Below, one piece after another: positions 34,187 through 42,046 of a stretch of 55,942 nucleotides of DNA. Numbering within the stretch: the stretch's first letter is position 1; each line of letters starts with the position of its first letter. Where the stretch lies: positions 19,746 through 75,687 of the forward strand of contig CAZZFZ010000001.1 in assembly GCA_964653835.1 (NCBI GenBank), in the 5' to 3' direction. The translations under genes and the position numbers were made by a program. The DNA comes from an uncultured Anaerolineales bacterium. GTDB lineage: Bacteria; Chloroflexota; Anaerolineae; Anaerolineales; UBA11858. Below the pieces are notes generated by a model. It had not been told where the DNA came from. It made no database searches and saw nothing but the letters and a program-made list of their open reading frames with translations.

Positions 34187-35068
34187 ATGAAGCTGATTGA
34201 TCTCACCATTCCTCTGGGGGTGGGCACACCCCCGTGGCCGACCTATGAACCCTTACAGGTCAAGTATTTCAAGCGCCTGGCGCCCAATGGTGCAAACGGT
34301 CAGTTGTTGACCCATTCCAACCATCTGGGGACGCACCTGGATGGCGAAATCCACTTTTATACGCCTGGCAAGGATATGGCCGAGCTGGATATGGATTTCC
34401 TCGTCCACGAAGGGGTGATCGTGGACTTGAGCGACGTCGCCGGCGATTACGATATCTACACCAGCCAGATGGTGGAAGAGCGGGTGGAGGTCAAAGAGGG
34501 CGATATCCTCATCATCCACACCGGCTACCATCACTTTGGCTGGGATCACGACACCGCCGATGAGATTCGCTACATGGTCAAGCACCCTGGGCCAGACCGC
34601 GAGTTTGCCGAGTGGGCCAAGGCCAAGAAACTGCGCTGGATTGGCGTAGATTGTGGCAGCGCCGATCACCCGATGAACACCATCATCCGCAACTGGATGC
34701 CGCGGCAGGCGAAAGAGGCTGAAAAGGTCTTCCAAAAGAAGTTTGGCAAAACAGTCGCCGAGGTCTTTGACGACAGCAAATACCAGTTGATGCACATTGA
34801 GATGTTCCCACATGGCATCATCCACGCGGAGTGCCTGGGCGGCGACATTGACCTGCTGCTCAATCAGCGCGTGACCATCGGCTTCTTCCCCTGGCGCTTT
34901 GTCGATGGCGAAGCCAGCATCGGGCGTTGTGTGGCCTTTGTAGAAGATGATCGCTACGAAGAGCTGATGGCCAGGAAGGTGCAGATGCCCAAAACGCGCT
35001 TCGGCGACGCCGTTGACCCCGCGCATGTGGAGCGCCTCAACAAACTCAGCGTGGCGAACCTGGCTTAG
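34187..35068 (+). CDS. Cyclase-family (kynurenine-formamidase-like) hydrolase, single domain
   Basis: Intact metal motif 'HLGTHLDGEIH'. 'GDILIIHTGYHHFGW', 'KHPGP' and 'GVDCGSADHPMNT' are paralogous to both halves of 16646-18316. AAGGAG precedes ATG 34187. Confidence 0.88.
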   Translation: MKLIDLTIPLGVGTPPWPTYEPLQVKYFKRLAPNGANGQLLTHSNHLGTHLDGEIHFYTPGKDMAELDMDFLVHEGVIVDLSDVAGDYDIYTSQMVEERVEVKEGDILIIHTGYHHFGWDHDTADEIRYMVKHPGPDREFAEWAKAKKLRWIGVDCGSADHPMNTIIRNWMPRQAKEAEKVFQKKFGKTVAEVFDDSKYQLMHIEMFPHGIIHAECLGGDIDLLLNQRVTIGFFPWRFVDGEASIGRCVAFVEDDRYEELMARKVQMPKTRFGDAVDPAHVERLNKLSVANLA

Positions 35069-35075
35069 CAACATG

Positions 35076-35113
35076 CACCCTTGGCGGGGCTTTCCCGTTG
35101 AGGGTGTTTTTGT
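35076..35113 (+). terminator. Rho-independent terminator
   Basis: CACCCT...(CGGG/CCCG inner stem)...AGGGTG followed by TTTTTGTTG. Confidence 0.7.
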
Positions 35114-35156
35114 TGAAATTTATTAATCCAACCGATCTACCAAAAGGAGAAAGAAC

Positions 35157-35882
35157 ATGCGTCTCGAAACACCCTGTGATGTCACTCGTCCTCAGATCAC
35201 CTTTGACGTCGAAGAAATTGAACCCATCCTTCAGGCTCCGCCGATGGATTTGAAGCCCTGGCCTGGGGCGATGATCGAACTGAAAGATGGCCGCACGCTC
35301 TACATCCGCGAAGCGCGCCTCGAAGAGGCCCCCATGATGATGGAGTATGTCATGAAGGTCATGCAGACCAAGCACGACTTTTATGACGTGGTCGGCGCGC
35401 GCGTGTATGCCGAGCTGGCTGGCTGGTATCGCAAGCGCTTGAAGGATCCCTACACCCTGGTGGGAATCGTGGATGGGGTATGGGCCGGTTTCGCCAATGG
35501 TCGCCTGATGAACAAGGATATCAACATCAGCCTGCACACGATGGCGCTGCTGCGCGGCCTACGCGTTGGCGCGATCATGTACTACGCCAAGGCCTACTAC
35601 GGCTTTGAGATCCTTGGCAACAAGGAATGGTGGGCGACCTATGAGAGTTACAATGGCTGGAAGCGCTGGGGCGTTGGCATGGCTCAGCCGAGCTATCCCT
35701 GGCCGGAGTACCAGCATGAACTCGGCGGCGCGCGCGTTTATTACGTCACCAAGGAATACTGGGATGCCGCGGTGAAGGATTACGTCCGCCAGATGGTTGG
35801 CGCAGACCTGAACTTTGACGTGCCCGATGAGATCGTCAAGGCTAATGAGACCATGCGTCTCCCAGACGACGTGACCGTATAA
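35157..35882 (+). CDS. Hypothetical protein (241 aa), possibly GNAT-fold
   Basis: Good SD (AAAGGAG). Coding-like composition. 'IELKDGRTLYIREARLEEAPMMMEY' and 'LLRGLRVGAIMYY' loosely recall the acetyltransferase N-terminus and motif A. No firm family recognised. Confidence 0.7.
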   Translation: MRLETPCDVTRPQITFDVEEIEPILQAPPMDLKPWPGAMIELKDGRTLYIREARLEEAPMMMEYVMKVMQTKHDFYDVVGARVYAELAGWYRKRLKDPYTLVGIVDGVWAGFANGRLMNKDINISLHTMALLRGLRVGAIMYYAKAYYGFEILGNKEWWATYESYNGWKRWGVGMAQPSYPWPEYQHELGGARVYYVTKEYWDAAVKDYVRQMVGADLNFDVPDEIVKANETMRLPDDVTV

Positions 35883-35895
35883 AGTTTTGAAAGAT

Positions 35896-35926
35896 GGGGC
35901 AGGTCGATGACTGGTCGGCCTGCCCC
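35896..35926 (+). terminator. Hairpin after the hypothetical gene (weak terminator)
   Basis: GGGGCAGG (35896-35903) pairs with CCTGCCCC (35919-35926). The U-tract is poor. Confidence 0.4.
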
Positions 35927-36078
35927 AAATTCCATGAGTCGAGTGCCCTGTTAGTAAGCGCGGCTCATACTGAACGGCGTTTTATTACTGTATCCTGAGT
36001 TCAGTTTGAAAGGAGGTGGTTCGGAGCAAATACTTTCGATTGTGATTCCATTCGTTTCTATAAAGACAGGAGGAAAAG

Positions 36079-37101
36079 ATGTCTATCAAACGGTTCCCCA
36101 TTTTCCTGGTTGTGGCTGTGCTGCTGGTGTTGGTGGCAGCCTGTGCTCCGAAACAGGCCGCAGAACCGGCTGGAGGAGAGGCTGGCGTGCCCTTCTTCTA
36201 CGCCGCATTTGCCACCCCGATTGAAGAACCCTGGGACGGTGTGATCCACGAAGCACTGCAAAAAGCCGCCGATGAGGGCAAGATCACCTACGAGTACACC
36301 GACGATATCGGCTACTCTGGCGATATGGAGCGCGTGCTGCGCGAGGTCGCCGAGCAAAAGAAGCCGGACGCCATCTTTGGCGATGCCTTTGGCAACGAAG
36401 AAGCTGTGCGGCGCGTGGCGGCGGATTACCCGGAGATCGCCTTTGTGTTTGGTTCGGGCTTTGGCCCGGCAGGGGATAACTTCGCCGTCTTCGATAACTG
36501 GATTCACGAACCGGCTTATCTGAGCGGGTTGATCGCTGGCGGTGTGACCGAGAGCAACGTGATCGGCGTCGTCGGTGGGCATCCTGTCCCCGAGGTGAAC
36601 CGCATCATCAACGCCTTCATCCAGGGCGTCAAGGAAGTCAACCCGGATGCCACCGTGCTGGTCACCTTTATCAACAGCTGGTTTGATCCCGCGGCAGCTA
36701 AGGAAGCTGCGCTCTCGCAGATTGACGCTGGGGCGGACGTGCTCTTCGCTGAGCGCTTTGGCGTGATCGAGGCCGCGGTGGAGAACGATCTGTATGCTTT
36801 TGGCAACATGAGCGATCAGTATGACCTCGGCCCCGACCACGTACTCACCGGCCCGGTGTGGAACATGACCCCCACGGTGGAGTACGTCATCGAACAGGTC
36901 AAGGGTGGCACCTTTACCTCGCAAGACCTGAAAGACTTCAGCATGATGGGCAAGGGCGGCGCTTCGCTGGCCCCCTACCACGGCATGGATGAGAAGATCC
37001 CGCAGGAGATCATCGATCTGGTGCAGCAGCGCCAGGATGAGATTTTGCAAGGTCTCTTCCGCGTGGACATCGATGAAGCCGCGCCGGCTGGTTCGAACTA
37101 G
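36079..37101 (+). CDS. BMP-family ABC substrate-binding lipoprotein, copy 2
   Basis: Lipobox 'LVAAC'. 'NVIGVVGGHPVPEVNRIINAFIQG' is typical of BMP proteins. SD AGGAGG. Confidence 0.9.
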   Translation: MSIKRFPIFLVVAVLLVLVAACAPKQAAEPAGGEAGVPFFYAAFATPIEEPWDGVIHEALQKAADEGKITYEYTDDIGYSGDMERVLREVAEQKKPDAIFGDAFGNEEAVRRVAADYPEIAFVFGSGFGPAGDNFAVFDNWIHEPAYLSGLIAGGVTESNVIGVVGGHPVPEVNRIINAFIQGVKEVNPDATVLVTFINSWFDPAAAKEAALSQIDAGADVLFAERFGVIEAAVENDLYAFGNMSDQYDLGPDHVLTGPVWNMTPTVEYVIEQVKGGTFTSQDLKDFSMMGKGGASLAPYHGMDEKIPQEIIDLVQQRQDEILQGLFRVDIDEAAPAGSN

Positions 37102-37110
37102 CGGGCTTTT

Positions 37111-37151
37111 GGGCATGACCCAAAAAGGGGTCATGCCCTCTTTTTCTTTTT
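37111..37151 (+). terminator. Rho-independent terminator/attenuating stem-loop after binding-protein gene 2
   Basis: GGGCATGACCC, 6-nt loop, GGGTCATGCCC (a perfect 11 bp), followed by TCTTTTTCTTTTT. Confidence 0.75.
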
Positions 37152-37161
37152 GGGAGAACGT

Positions 37162-38679
37162 ATGCATATCGTCGAAATGAAGGCGATCACCAAGCAGTTT
37201 GGGGAGGTGATCGCCAATCGTCAGGTGGATTTTGACCTGCGGCGAGGTGAGATTCACGCCCTGCTGGGCGAGAACGGCGCTGGAAAAACCACCCTGATGC
37301 GCATCCTCTATGGCCTCTACCGCGCCGATAGCGGTGAAATCTGGATGGAAGGCCAGCCGGTGCAGATACACTCGCCGCGCGATGCCATTGCGTTGGGGAT
37401 CGGCATGGTGACGCAGCACTTCGCCCTGGTGCCCCCATTCAGCGTGGCAGAGAATGTGATTATGGGGTATCGCGAGAGCGTCAACCTGGATATGGCCGCC
37501 GTTGAGGCCGAGGTCGCCGCCGCCGCTGAACGCTTCGGTATCGCCATTGACCCGCGGGCGCGGGTGCGCCATCTCTCGGTGGGGCAGCGTCAGCGGGTGG
37601 AGATCCTCAAAGCGCTGTTTCGCCAGGCGCGCGTGCTGATCCTCGATGAGCCGACCGCGGTGCTCATTCCCCAGGAAGTTGAAGCGTTGTTTGAGACGTT
37701 GCGCAGGCTGCGTCAGCAGGGCATCTCGGTTGTCTTTATCTCACACAAGCTGAACGAGGTCATGGCGATCAGCGACCGGGTGACGGTGCTGCGGGATGGC
37801 CAGGCAATCGCCACGATGGACACCGCCGCGACCACACCTGCCAAGCTGGCCCGCATGATGGTGGGGCGCGAGACATTTGGCGTTGTCCGTCAGGGAGGGC
37901 ATGCACACAGCGCTGAACCGGTGTTGCAGGTGAGCGGGCTGTGCGCCACCGATGACCGTGGCCTGCCCGCCCTGAAGAACATCTCCCTCTCCGTGTATGG
38001 CGGCGAGGTGTTGGGCATCGCCGGCGTTGGCGGGAACGGCCAGAAGGAGCTGGCGGAGACCCTGTGCGGCATCCGTCAACCCACCGCGGGGAGCCTGCGC
38101 GTCAACGGACGGGAAATGCGCGGGGCAACGCCAGCGGAGATGTCCGCCGCGGGGGTGGGACGCATCCCCGAGGACCGACACGCTGGCGTGGTAGGGGAGC
38201 TTTCGGTGGCTGACAATCTGGTGATGGAGGTCTTGCCGCGTTTTACCAGCTACGGCGTGCTGGATCGCAAAGCCATTGGGCAGTATGCTCAGGAATTGAT
38301 CGATCAATTTCAAATTAAGGCCCGCCCCGAGGATAAGGCGCGCACGCTCTCGGGGGGCAATTTGCAAAAGGTGCTGCTGGCGCGCGTGCTGGCCAATCAG
38401 CCGGATCTAATTATCGCCCCACAGCCGACGCGCGGCCTGGACGTGGGTGCCACCGAATACGTCCACCAGCAATTGCTGGCGCAGCGCGAACGCGGCGCGG
38501 CGGTGCTGTTGATTTCGGAAGACCTGGATGAAATTCTGGCCCTCTCCGATCGGATCGCGGTCATCTATGAAGGCGAGATCGTCGGAGTGGTGTCGGTGGA
38601 GGAAGCGGATATTGAGCGCCTCGGCTTGTGGATGTCGGGCGCGGTCAAGGAAGAGAATCATGCCCCTGCCGAAGTTTAG
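37162..38679 (+). CDS. ABC transporter ATP-binding protein with duplicated ATPase domains, copy 2
   Basis: 'GENGAGKTT', 'LSVGQRQR', 'VLILDEPT'. The second half has 'GVGGNGQKEL' and 'LSGGNLQK'. ATG 37162 chosen over TTG 37150. Confidence 0.93.
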   Translation: MHIVEMKAITKQFGEVIANRQVDFDLRRGEIHALLGENGAGKTTLMRILYGLYRADSGEIWMEGQPVQIHSPRDAIALGIGMVTQHFALVPPFSVAENVIMGYRESVNLDMAAVEAEVAAAAERFGIAIDPRARVRHLSVGQRQRVEILKALFRQARVLILDEPTAVLIPQEVEALFETLRRLRQQGISVVFISHKLNEVMAISDRVTVLRDGQAIATMDTAATTPAKLARMMVGRETFGVVRQGGHAHSAEPVLQVSGLCATDDRGLPALKNISLSVYGGEVLGIAGVGGNGQKELAETLCGIRQPTAGSLRVNGREMRGATPAEMSAAGVGRIPEDRHAGVVGELSVADNLVMEVLPRFTSYGVLDRKAIGQYAQELIDQFQIKARPEDKARTLSGGNLQKVLLARVLANQPDLIIAPQPTRGLDVGATEYVHQQLLAQRERGAAVLLISEDLDEILALSDRIAVIYEGEIVGVVSVEEADIERLGLWMSGAVKEENHAPAEV

Positions 38680-39721
38680 ATTGGAAAAAACAGGCGCGCC
38701 GTTGTGGTTCCGTTCGATGATCCCGGTGATCACCCTGGCGATCACCTTTGTGCTGACCTCGGGTTTGATCCTCTGGGGGCGCGCCAACCCCTTTGAGGCT
38801 TATTACTATTTTTTAATCGAGCCGCTTTCCAGCCGGGTGAGCTTTTTGGAAGTGCTGGTCAAATCCACGCCGTTGATCCTCACCGGAATTTCCGTCACCG
38901 TGGCGTTTGTGAGCGGCTATTACAACATCGGTGCGGAGGGACAGCTTTATGCCGGCGCGCTGGCTGCGGCCTGGTTGGGGACGAAGCTGGCAGGCGTGCC
39001 TGTGTTCCTCGCCATCCTCCTCATGCTGTCCGGTGGTTTCTTCGCTGGTCTGCTTTGGGCGTTGATCCCGGCGCTACTGCGGGTGTATTGGAAGGTAGAT
39101 GAGGTCGTCACCACCCTGCTGACCAACTCGATTATCCTGTTCATTGTGAGCGCCATCCTGAACGGCCCGTGGCGCGATCCTCAATCGGGATGGCCCCAGT
39201 CGCCGGAGATTGCCGAAGCCGCCCGTTTGCCGCAACTGGTCGCCCGGTCGCGGCTGCACGTTGGTTTCCTCATCGCTTTGCTGGTGGCGGCGCTCATCTG
39301 GTTTATCCTGGCGCGCACGGCGTTTGGGTTGCGGTTGCGCGCTGTTGGCCTGGGGAAGGAAGGCGCCCGTTTCGCCGGTATTTCTGTGGAACGTAGCATG
39401 TTGGTCGCTGCTTTGATCAGCGGTGGCATCGCCGGAATCGCCGGGTATGTTGAGGTCGCCGGGATTCAGTATCACCTGATCGGCGAGTTGTCGCCGGGGT
39501 ATGGCTATACCGGCATCATCCTGGCCACCATGGGTGGATTGAACGCCATCGGTGTGACCGCTTCGGCGTTGTTCTTCGGGCTGGTGGAAACCGGCGCGCA
39601 GACGGTCAGCCGTGCCCTGGGCGTGCCGGTGTACCTGGGCGAGGTTACCCAGGCCACCATGCTGCTGGTGATCCTGGGGATGTTCCTGTTGCAGAATTAC
39701 CGCATCCGGAGGGTGTCATGA
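38660..39721 (+). CDS. ABC transporter permease, copy 2
   Basis: Hydrophobic sequence starts at 'MPLPKFRLEKTGAPLWFRSMIPVITLAITFV' (ATG 38660). The track ORF from 38528 overlaps the ATPase in another frame and is Arg/Ser-rich there. Confidence 0.88.
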   Translation: MPLPKFRLEKTGAPLWFRSMIPVITLAITFVLTSGLILWGRANPFEAYYYFLIEPLSSRVSFLEVLVKSTPLILTGISVTVAFVSGYYNIGAEGQLYAGALAAAWLGTKLAGVPVFLAILLMLSGGFFAGLLWALIPALLRVYWKVDEVVTTLLTNSIILFIVSAILNGPWRDPQSGWPQSPEIAEAARLPQLVARSRLHVGFLIALLVAALIWFILARTAFGLRLRAVGLGKEGARFAGISVERSMLVAALISGGIAGIAGYVEVAGIQYHLIGELSPGYGYTGIILATMGGLNAIGVTASALFFGLVETGAQTVSRALGVPVYLGEVTQATMLLVILGMFLLQNYRIRRVS

Positions 39722-40644
39722 TCGTCGCTATGTTTATCGCCACGCTGACGGCGGCCACGCTTCGGGTCGCCACGCCGATTCTGCTGGCCGCCATCGGCGA
39801 GACGTTCGCCGAGCGCGCCGGTGTGCTCAACCTGGGTATTGAAGGGACGATGTTTCTGGGGGCGTTTGTGGGGTTTTACCTCGCCGATCTGATCGGTTCG
39901 TTGGAGACCGGTTTGCTGGCCGCCATGGTGATCGGGGTGTTGATGGGATTGTTGATGGCCTTCCTCTCCGTGACGCTGGGCGTCAATCAACACGTCTCCG
40001 GCCTGGGGATCACCTTGCTGGCGGGCGGCCTGGCGTTGTATGCCTTCCGCCTGAACTACGGCGGCAGCTCCACCCCGCCTTCGATTGAGCCGTTTGGGAA
40101 ATTCTCTCCCCTGGCAGGTGTGCCCGTGTTGGGGACCATCCTGGATCAATATGCGCTCACTTACATCGCCTTTCTGGTAGTGGTGCCGCTGGCCTGGTGG
40201 CTGCTCTATCGCACCAGCCTGGGGTTGAAAATCCGCGCCGTGGGCGAGAACCCCGAAGCGGCGGACGCCGCGGGAATCAACGTTTTTCGCGTTCGCTACC
40301 TCGCCCTGGGAATCGCGGGCGGTCTGATGGGCCTGGGCGGGGCGTTCCTCTCGCTGGCGCAGTTGGGCGCGTTTACCCACGGCATCATCGCCGGGCGCGG
40401 CTGGGTGGCTATCGCCCTGGTCATCTTCGGGAACTGGAATCCCGTCAAGGTGATGTGGGGCTCGCTGATCTTTGGGGGCACCTACGCGCTGCAATTGCGC
40501 CTCCAGGCTATGGGGCTGGAATTACCCATCCCCTATGAAACATTCCTGGCGCTCCCTTACATCGTCACCATTGTCGCACTGGTCATCGCCGGGCGGCAGG
40601 CTTCCTATCCGGCGGCGTTGTTGAAGCCTTATCGGCGGGAGTGA
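39718..40644 (+). CDS. ABC transporter permease, copy 2
   Basis: 308 aa polytopic protein. 'GE.FAERAGVLNLGIEG.M'. ATGA overlap with the previous gene. Confidence 0.9.
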   Translation: MIVAMFIATLTAATLRVATPILLAAIGETFAERAGVLNLGIEGTMFLGAFVGFYLADLIGSLETGLLAAMVIGVLMGLLMAFLSVTLGVNQHVSGLGITLLAGGLALYAFRLNYGGSSTPPSIEPFGKFSPLAGVPVLGTILDQYALTYIAFLVVVPLAWWLLYRTSLGLKIRAVGENPEAADAAGINVFRVRYLALGIAGGLMGLGGAFLSLAQLGAFTHGIIAGRGWVAIALVIFGNWNPVKVMWGSLIFGGTYALQLRLQAMGLELPIPYETFLALPYIVTIVALVIAGRQASYPAALLKPYRRE

Positions 40645-40694
40645 AATCGCCTCCCGTTCTTTGAGATCGTCATGGAGACAGAAAGGATGCTGCA

Positions 40695-41939
40695 ATGGCA
40701 AATCAATTTGATCTTCTGGTAAAAAATGGTCGGCTTCGCGGGCAGCCCGAAAAGCGCGTCGATATCGGCATCGCCGAGGGGCGCATCGCGGTGATGGAGG
40801 AGAACCTGAGCGGGGAGGCGGCGGTGGTGCTGGATGCCGGTGGCAACCTGGTCACCGAGTCGTTTGTCAACACCCACCTGCACCTGTGCAAGGTTTACAC
40901 CCTGCCGATGATGGACGAACTCGCCCTCAAGGACTACCACGGCGCGGACATGGGCAAGGCGATGACCGCCATCGAGCTGGCGGCGCGGGTTAAGGAGAAT
41001 TACGACGAAGTCTGGATCATCAAGAACGTGCGCAAGGCCATCGCCCTCTCGGCGATCTACGGCGGCACGCACGTGCGCGCCTTCGCCGATGTGGATAGCA
41101 AAGCCAAGCTGGAAGGCGTCAAGGCGCTGTTGCGCGCCCGCGACGAATTCAAGGGGATCGTGGATATTCAGGTGGTGGCATTTGCCCAGGACGGGATCGT
41201 GCGAGAGCCGGGCGCGGAGGAATTGATGCGCCAGGCCATGGAGTTGGGCGCCGATGTGGTGGGCGGCATCCCCTGGATCGAATACACCGACGCCGACATC
41301 GCCGAGCACGTGCGCGTGTGCTTCGACCTCGCCGAGGAGTACGACAAGCCGGTTTCCATGCTGGTGGATGACGCCGGCGACTCTGGCCTGCGTTCGCTGG
41401 AGGTCATGGCGTTGGAGACGATCCAGCGCGGCTGGCAGGGGCGCTCGCTGGCGCACCATGCCCGCGCTATGGCGCTGTATCCCAAGCCGTATTTACAAAA
41501 ACTGGCCGCGCTGCTGAAGAAGGCTGAAATGGGCGTGGTCAGCGATCCGCACACCGGCCCGTTGCACGCCCGCGTGCGAGAGCTGCTGGAGGAGGGCGTG
41601 CTGGTCTGCCTGGGGATGGATGATATTTCCGATGCGTACTATCCCTATGGGCGCAACAACATGCTGGAGGTCGCTTTCCTGGTTTCGCACCTCTTGTGGA
41701 TGACCACCCGGCAGGATATGGAGACGCTGTACGATATGGTGACCACGAAGGCGGCGCAGTGCATCGGCCTGACTGATTTTGGCCTGCGGGTGGGCGCGCC
41801 TGCCAACCTGGTGGTGCTCGATCAGCCCGACGTTCTCGAGGCGCTGCGTTACCACGACGCGCCGAAGTATGTCATCAGCCACGGCAGGCTGGTGGATCAG
41901 GAGAAGATGCGTTCTCTAGTTAATACGCGTGAGTGGTAG
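40695..41939 (+). CDS. Amidohydrolase-superfamily deaminase/ring hydrolase (CodA / AtzC-like)
   Basis: 414 aa. 'DLLVKNGRL......VDIGI.EGRI' then the metal motif 'FVNTHLHL'. The ~410-aa length and layout match bacterial cytosine deaminase relatives. Confidence 0.85.
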   Translation: MANQFDLLVKNGRLRGQPEKRVDIGIAEGRIAVMEENLSGEAAVVLDAGGNLVTESFVNTHLHLCKVYTLPMMDELALKDYHGADMGKAMTAIELAARVKENYDEVWIIKNVRKAIALSAIYGGTHVRAFADVDSKAKLEGVKALLRARDEFKGIVDIQVVAFAQDGIVREPGAEELMRQAMELGADVVGGIPWIEYTDADIAEHVRVCFDLAEEYDKPVSMLVDDAGDSGLRSLEVMALETIQRGWQGRSLAHHARAMALYPKPYLQKLAALLKKAEMGVVSDPHTGPLHARVRELLEEGVLVCLGMDDISDAYYPYGRNNMLEVAFLVSHLLWMTTRQDMETLYDMVTTKAAQCIGLTDFGLRVGAPANLVVLDQPDVLEALRYHDAPKYVISHGRLVDQEKMRSLVNTREW

Positions 41940-41962
41940 TCCGCCAGGCGGTTTATTTAACC

Positions 41963-42030
41963 CACGAAGGGCACGAAGGTGCACGAAGTTTTTTTATGAT
42001 TTTCTTGGTGTGGTTTGGTGTCCTTCGTGC
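41963..42030 (+). promoter_or_regulatory. Triple direct CACGAAG repeat plus inverted copy upstream of the Mop-like gene
   Basis: CACGAAGG-GCACGAAGG-TGCACGAAG (41963-41988), then TTTTTTT. CCTTCGTGC (42022-42030) can pair with any of the three upstream copies. Confidence 0.3.
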
Positions 42031-42046
42031 TCTTTGTGGTGAATAA

